DNA of 64,000 nucleotides from Candidatus Cloacimonadota bacterium. Its GTDB lineage: Bacteria > Cloacimonadota > Cloacimonadia > JGIOTU-2. Location of the stretch: positions 147,914-211,913 of the forward strand of contig JBNGBT010000006.1 of NCBI GenBank assembly GCA_049903315.1, written 5' to 3'. Below the pieces are notes generated by a model. The model was not told where the DNA came from. It was given only the letters and a program-made list of their open reading frames with translations, and made no database searches. The position numbers and the translations under genes are program-made. Positions 58,526-64,000 of this stretch are shown piece after piece. The stretch's first letter is position 1, and each line of letters starts with the position of its first letter.

Positions 58526-61500
58526 ATGAAAAAAATTGCTTTAATCTTTGTGATTATGTTATTAGCTTTTTCAATCGCTCATGCACAATGGGTCGTTGAT
58601 GAAGGCTTTGAAGGAACGTGGCCTCCTGCAGACTGGACAATAATGAATAGTACCAATCCATCGAATGATATTATTCAAACAAGTGACCAGGCTTATTCTG
58701 GAACTTATTCAGCTCGATTCTCCTCTTATTACTCAGGCACTCCTTATGATCAATATCTTATCACTCCTGAAGTCCTCACAGTTTCTGGAGATCAAGCATC
58801 ATTCTGGTATCGAGGATATTCCTATGGTACAGAATCTTTTTGTGTTGGCTGGTCTTCCACTGGAACTGATGTAAATACTGATTTTACATGGGGACCTGAC
58901 ATTAGTAATTCTTCGACAACATGGCAGCAATATCTTAAAACTGACTTGCCTGCTGGTACAAAATATGTTGCAATTCACTATTACAGTGATTACATGTACT
59001 ACTTGTATGTTGATGAATTTAAGGTTGGTTCAGTCCCACCAACGCAATCTGATCAATTCGGCTGGGAAGATGGATTCTCAACTGTTTTAGGTTACTATGG
59101 TGAGGCATCATTTGAAAATACTACCGAGCAAGCTTATGAAGGTACTCATAGTTTGAAATACACCGATGATGAAGCAGACACTCCTCAAGCTTATATCTGG
59201 TGGGTTACTGGACTTACTGATGGGCAGACAATTGATGCGAGTTTCTGGGTATACGATGAAACAGACGAAGCATCATATCCGAAAGGAAGGATCTGGGGTC
59301 ATTATACGAGTGATCCTGATGATATCAGTTCCTATGCGGGTTCTGCTGGCGGTAATGCAGATTATTCAACAATTGGCTGGTCTCAGCTTTCCCATTCATG
59401 GGTCTTTGACTCTGATGGAGGATCACGGGATGGTTTTGTTGTAGAAGCCAGATGTTATAGCGATGCCACACATAATATTATCTATGTGGACGATGCTGAA
59501 ATAACAGTTGGCTCTTCTACAGCAATCATTCATCATCCAACTCCACCGACTGTAGACATTGTTATCGAAGTTACTGTTGATAGTTGGTACGGTGAAGCAA
59601 GCTGGAATGTTTGGGATTATGCTGCAGGATCCTGGTACTTTGGTACCAATCAAACTTTCTCTGCCGCATATGAAACAGTAATAGACACACTTCCTCTTCC
59701 TCTTGGTGAACACGCAGTGTATTGCTGGGATTCATATGGAGATGGAGGAATAGGTGGATCAGTTTGGAATGGCGACATACTCTTGAATGAGTGGGCGTCA
59801 ACAGATTATACTTCTACTGGCATATATGACTTTTCTGTATTTGAACCTACCTTTGGTTCTCTGGCTGGATATGTGTCGGATACTTCGACACGTGCTCCCA
59901 TCATGGATGCGCTTGTAGAATGTGGTACATATTGGGCATTCAGCGGAGCCGATGGCTACTATCAAATCAACAATATACTTACAAGTGATATTGCCGGTCC
60001 ATATGATGTAACCTGCGAAGCTGAGGGATTCAATCCTGCTACAGAGACAGGTGTCATTATTGAAACAGATCTTACTACCGATCTTGATTTTGACCTGACT
60101 GCTCCTACAATGGACATTGATGATACTCCTATCTCAGTATTAATGCTCCCCAACACTATCAATGATGATCATACAATCACTATTGATAATAACGGTAATG
60201 GTCCTTTGGATTGGAATGCGACAGTTCCTATTCCTGACAGATTGGAAATAGAAATACCTGCATATACGGGAACTCCTCCTGTAAATACATATAGAACCTC
60301 TGTTGAGTTAGATGATGGTGGAAACAGCGGATCAACTTCATGGCACAATCAACCTTTGAGAGAGATACTTAGAGGATCAACAGCCTGGTTCCGCGGTGGT
60401 GAATATTCCACATATTTCTATGGTACATTTGATACGGATACTCCTGGAAATATGACAGAAATTCTCTCCCCACCTCCTTGGTCATCCTATGCAGGTGATT
60501 TTGATGCAGTTCATACTGATTTCTTTTATATGAATTGTAATACTGATTATAACATTTACAAAATTGATTGTGCTACTGGCGATGCCACATTAGTTGGACC
60601 CACAGGACTTTCTACCTATTTCAACGGTATGGCTTGCGATAAAGTAAGCAATACAATGTATGCATGTACAGGAACGAATCTTTATACAGTAGATCTCGGT
60701 ACTGGTGCTGCGACGTTAATCGGTCCTATGGGCACTTCGCTCTTGGTTAACCTTGCATGCGACGGAAGCGGCAATCTCTATGGTGTAGACATCTCTGATG
60801 ATTGCTTATGGTCAATTGACAAAAATACCGGTGTTGGTACTCTTGTTGGAGCTACTGGGTTTGCTGCGAATTATGCACAATCCATGGCTTGGGATCCACA
60901 AACCGATGTTCTCTTTTGGGCAGCTTATGGTGGTGGTCTCAATGGTAATCTTAGAGTTATTGATAGAACAACAGGAAGCTCTGCTTTTGCCGGTGATTTC
61001 GAAGGTGGTCGCGAAGTAACAGTCTTTGCATTTCCTGGAGGTGTGGATTCATGGTTGACCTTAGATCCGACCTCTGGAACTATTCCAGCCGGTGGTTCAG
61101 AAGATGTTCAAGTCACATTTGATTCTAATGGAATCCTTCCCGGCGAAAGCTTGTTTGGTGATATAGAATTCTATTCTGATCCCAATGTCGGCACAGTGAC
61201 CGTTCCCGCGGAAATGACTGTCTACATACCGGAAGGCTATGTATTTGAAGGATTTGATGATCCGGACTTCCCTCCATTTGGATGGCAAAACGTCGATAGT
61301 TGGAACAGATTTACTAATGATCCTTATTCTGGTGATGGTTATGCCCGAACAAGTTGGTATCATAAATATGATGCGATACTTAATACACCCAGACTCATAC
61401 TGGGAGATGAAGACTTCATTAGCTTCTATTGGATCAATGCAAATCTGTATGATGCAAAGGGAGAAAAGATAGAAGGTGGAGACACACTCTATGTTGAAGT

Positions 61501-64000
61501 AAGTAATACTTACAACAACACTGTCCCGGTGTGGGAAACTTTAATAGCTCTCAGTTCAGAGGAAGAGATGACTGAATACGAGAATGTATTGGTTTCAATT
61601 CCTCCTGCTTACGCTGGGCATTCTGCCAAGTTAAGATTCAGGCATCGTTCGATGTTGAACGCAATTTCCAGAGGAATCGGACTGGATAATATTATCATGC
61701 CTCCTCCGTACTTGCCCGTTAACTTCAGCGTGGATCCGGAATATCAATCTGATTATGATGCACAAGAAGTTACTGTAGATTATGATGTTGAAATTACCAA
61801 TGAAGGTGTTCAGGCTGATAGATACAATATCTCAGTTCTTGATTCACGAACAACCAAAGATGTTCTCCTTGCCGAAGGCTTTGAAAGTGCTGTTCCTCCA
61901 GTCGGCTGGACTCAGGAATTTGTTAGCGGTACAGTAAACTGGATTCAAGCTACAGAAGGACAATATAGCAATCCGCCTGCAGCTTATGAAGGCACATATC
62001 TCGCATTGTTCTATAATGGCTCTTATAACGGATATACTACTAAACTTGTTACTCCTGAAATAGCATTTTCCGATAGCAAAGATGGAGAATTGACCTTCTG
62101 GCATGCGCAAGTTAACTGGGTTGGTGATCAGGATGAATTGAATGTTTATTACAAAAATTCTCCTTCTGGTACGTGGACACTTCTTGAATCATATACTATG
62201 GATGTAAGTACGTGGACTCAAAGAACTATTTCACTGCCAAATACGAGCTCAACCTATTATATTGCTTTTGAAGGTGTTGCAAACTATGGATATGGTGTTT
62301 GTATCGATGACGTACAAGTAACCGGTACCGGTGGTCCTGGTCCAGGTCCTGGTCCTACAGGTTGGCCTGCAACAGTTAATGTGCCATACCTTGATCTTGA
62401 ACCAGGTGAATCTGGCAGTTTTGTCGTAAGTGTTGCAATTCCAGAAGATGCTGTTCTTGATGATGTAAATACATCAACAGTGTATATTGCTTCACGCGAG
62501 GATACAAATGTCAATGAGACAGCAGTGGTTCAGACAACCTGCCATCCCAAAGATCCGTATGAACCAAATGATCTTATGGTAGATGCTACTCCTGCCGACT
62601 TTGACTTTGTATCAGACGGCGCACAGATCTATTACAATCCGGATTATAGAGACAAAGACATTGATATCTATACAATAGATTGTCTCGAAGGCGATATCGT
62701 ATGGTGTGCCTTTGAACTTCCTGTTGATGAAACAGTATTCGACGGAGCTATCAAGCTCGTTGATGCTGATTCTACAGAACTTGCCTGGGCAGATTCCTGG
62801 GCAGGCGGCGGAAGTGAATATCTGCAATACAGGATTCTTGAGGACGGCACCTATTACTGGATACTTGGAAAATGGGACAATGTTCTTGAAGGAAAAGCTT
62901 CTAAGAAGACAGTGACCAAAGGTGAGAATACAACCTTCTACACTGTTACTTTTGATCTTATACCTTCACCTGAAGTCGAGGTTGAACCGCTTGCACTTAC
63001 TCTCGGTATGATCGCGGGTACAGGCGGCACAGTATCAGATGAGCTTTACATTTCGAACATTGCTCCTGATGCATTGGCAGAAGACCTCAACTGGGATATT
63101 GAAGTACAAATTCCCGGAGTCGAAACATTATATCAATCTAGTTTTGATGATGCTGCATACTGGACAGTAAGCGGCGGCGCAAACTGGCTCATTTCTAATT
63201 GCAGTTTCGCTGGTGGAACTCCTCCAGAAGCAAACTTCTTCTGGTCTCCTGGTATCACAGCTCTTCAAAGACTTATCAGCCCTGTTATTAATACAACAGG
63301 ATATACAAGTGCAAACTTAACATTTAAACATTACGTAGACGATTATGCCGGTGGTTATACCGTCGGTGTCGCAACAACAAGTGACGGTGGGGTCACATGG
63401 AATACAGTATGGTCAATATCACCTACAACAAATATTGGACCGGAAACTATCCCACTTGTCATAGATAATGCGGACATGGGTTCTGATCAATTCCAGCTTT
63501 GCTGGTTCTTTGATGGTTACTCATTCAACATCAACCATTGGTATGTTGATGACGTTTATCTTGGTGTTGGAACCGATTGGATCAGCATTTCACCAGCTTC
63601 AGGATCAGTCGGTCAGGGTAATACCCAGACAGTGACCGTTACCTGTGATGGCGACGCACGCCTTGATCCAGGAACCTATACCGCTGACCTTATCGTCCAT
63701 AACGATGCATTGCTTTATGGCGCATCAGACATCACAGTTCCTCTGACATTCTACATCGGTGCAGAAGCTGGTGGAATGCAAGGTGTTGTGACCTTCAACG
63801 GTGAACCCGTTCCCGACGTAATGGTCAAAGCAGGTAACTTCGTGACCTACACAGACGAGTACGGTCTCTATGAATTTACTGCGATCGCTTCCGGAACATA
63901 TAATGTTCTCTTCTACAAAGAAGGATTCCAACCTTACTGGGCTTATGATGTATATCTTAATCCTGGATGGGTTGTTATTCTTGATGTAGAATTGATCTTC
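58526..64000 (+). CDS. Giant secreted modular adhesin-like protein (several cleaved-adhesin/choice-of-anchor J domains, carboxypeptidase-regulatory-like, propeller, PPC-like), >1825 aa, truncated
   Basis: ggagg RBS; MKKIALIFVIMLLAFSIAHA|QWVVDEGFEGTWPP..DQYLITP..GTKYVAIH..LYVDE; later EGFE/EGFD..PP.GW modules and DPYEPND; open to the window end. Confidence 0.88.
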   Translation, partial: MKKIALIFVIMLLAFSIAHAQWVVDEGFEGTWPPADWTIMNSTNPSNDIIQTSDQAYSGTYSARFSSYYSGTPYDQYLITPEVLTVSGDQASFWYRGYSYGTESFCVGWSSTGTDVNTDFTWGPDISNSSTTWQQYLKTDLPAGTKYVAIHYYSDYMYYLYVDEFKVGSVPPTQSDQFGWEDGFSTVLGYYGEASFENTTEQAYEGTHSLKYTDDEADTPQAYIWWVTGLTDGQTIDASFWVYDETDEASYPKGRIWGHYTSDPDDISSYAGSAGGNADYSTIGWSQLSHSWVFDSDGGSRDGFVVEARCYSDATHNIIYVDDAEITVGSSTAIIHHPTPPTVDIVIEVTVDSWYGEASWNVWDYAAGSWYFGTNQTFSAAYETVIDTLPLPLGEHAVYCWDSYGDGGIGGSVWNGDILLNEWASTDYTSTGIYDFSVFEPTFGSLAGYVSDTSTRAPIMDALVECGTYWAFSGADGYYQINNILTSDIAGPYDVTCEAEGFNPATETGVIIETDLTTDLDFDLTAPTMDIDDTPISVLMLPNTINDDHTITIDNNGNGPLDWNATVPIPDRLEIEIPAYTGTPPVNTYRTSVELDDGGNSGSTSWHNQPLREILRGSTAWFRGGEYSTYFYGTFDTDTPGNMTEILSPPPWSSYAGDFDAVHTDFFYMNCNTDYNIYKIDCATGDATLVGPTGLSTYFNGMACDKVSNTMYACTGTNLYTVDLGTGAATLIGPMGTSLLVNLACDGSGNLYGVDISDDCLWSIDKNTGVGTLVGATGFAANYAQSMAWDPQTDVLFWAAYGGGLNGNLRVIDRTTGSSAFAGDFEGGREVTVFAFPGGVDSWLTLDPTSGTIPAGGSEDVQVTFDSNGILPGESLFGDIEFYSDPNVGTVTVPAEMTVYIPEGYVFEGFDDPDFPPFGWQNVDSWNRFTNDPYSGDGYARTSWYHKYDAILNTPRLILGDEDFISFYWINANLYDAKGEKIEGGDTLYVEVSNTYNNTVPVWETLIALSSEEEMTEYENVLVSIPPAYAGHSAKLRFRHRSMLNAISRGIGLDNIIMPPPYLPVNFSVDPEYQSDYDAQEVTVDYDVEITNEGVQADRYNISVLDSRTTKDVLLAEGFESAVPPVGWTQEFVSGTVNWIQATEGQYSNPPAAYEGTYLALFYNGSYNGYTTKLVTPEIAFSDSKDGELTFWHAQVNWVGDQDELNVYYKNSPSGTWTLLESYTMDVSTWTQRTISLPNTSSTYYIAFEGVANYGYGVCIDDVQVTGTGGPGPGPGPTGWPATVNVPYLDLEPGESGSFVVSVAIPEDAVLDDVNTSTVYIASREDTNVNETAVVQTTCHPKDPYEPNDLMVDATPADFDFVSDGAQIYYNPDYRDKDIDIYTIDCLEGDIVWCAFELPVDETVFDGAIKLVDADSTELAWADSWAGGGSEYLQYRILEDGTYYWILGKWDNVLEGKASKKTVTKGENTTFYTVTFDLIPSPEVEVEPLALTLGMIAGTGGTVSDELYISNIAPDALAEDLNWDIEVQIPGVETLYQSSFDDAAYWTVSGGANWLISNCSFAGGTPPEANFFWSPGITALQRLISPVINTTGYTSANLTFKHYVDDYAGGYTVGVATTSDGGVTWNTVWSISPTTNIGPETIPLVIDNADMGSDQFQLCWFFDGYSFNINHWYVDDVYLGVGTDWISISPASGSVGQGNTQTVTVTCDGDARLDPGTYTADLIVHNDALLYGASDITVPLTFYIGAEAGGMQGVVTFNGEPVPDVMVKAGNFVTYTDEYGLYEFTAIASGTYNVLFYKEGFQPYWAYDVYLNPGWVVILDVELIF

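Noticed and set aside
1..64000. Stop-codon reassignment
   Set aside because: Long genes are intact under the standard bacterial code and end in TAA, TAG and TGA alike.

Overview
AT-rich bacterial DNA, most likely Cloacimonadota or another FCB-related anaerobe. This is inferred from the many secreted proteins ending in an 'NxPNPF...YNxKG..V...WxG...GIYF' T9SS/FlgD-Ig sorting domain. The window opens with a truncated alaS, an S8 protease and a tRNA-Lys/tRNA-Glu pair. The 3' end of tRNA-Glu anchors a tandem array of three integrase-free cargo units (about 19.8, 4.9 and 1.1 kb), separated by att-like junctions that share the core gg(g/a)tcaccatt. The arms of these junctions keep fossil coding signal of what looks like the extreme C-terminus of a recombinase read across attP. 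Unit 1 is a complete beta-1,3-glucan (laminarin) utilisation locus with no SusC/D pair: a GH2-like hydrolase fused to a probable beta-barrel, GH16, GH30, GH17, a GH161-type phosphorylase, GH3, an MFS transporter, and a GntR-LacI regulator with a clear 16-bp operator. Units 2 and 3 carry secreted proteins and gene relics. Downstream lie a propeller-repeat protein, an unexplained catabolic cluster (unknown protein, aminotransferase, SDR, cupin, homoserine dehydrogenase, ALDH), more CTD proteins, a PadR-TolC-MFP-RND efflux operon, a DUF2089/DUF4097/SHOCT operon and a truncated adhesin-like protein of more than 1825 aa. All family calls are from motif recognition without database searches.
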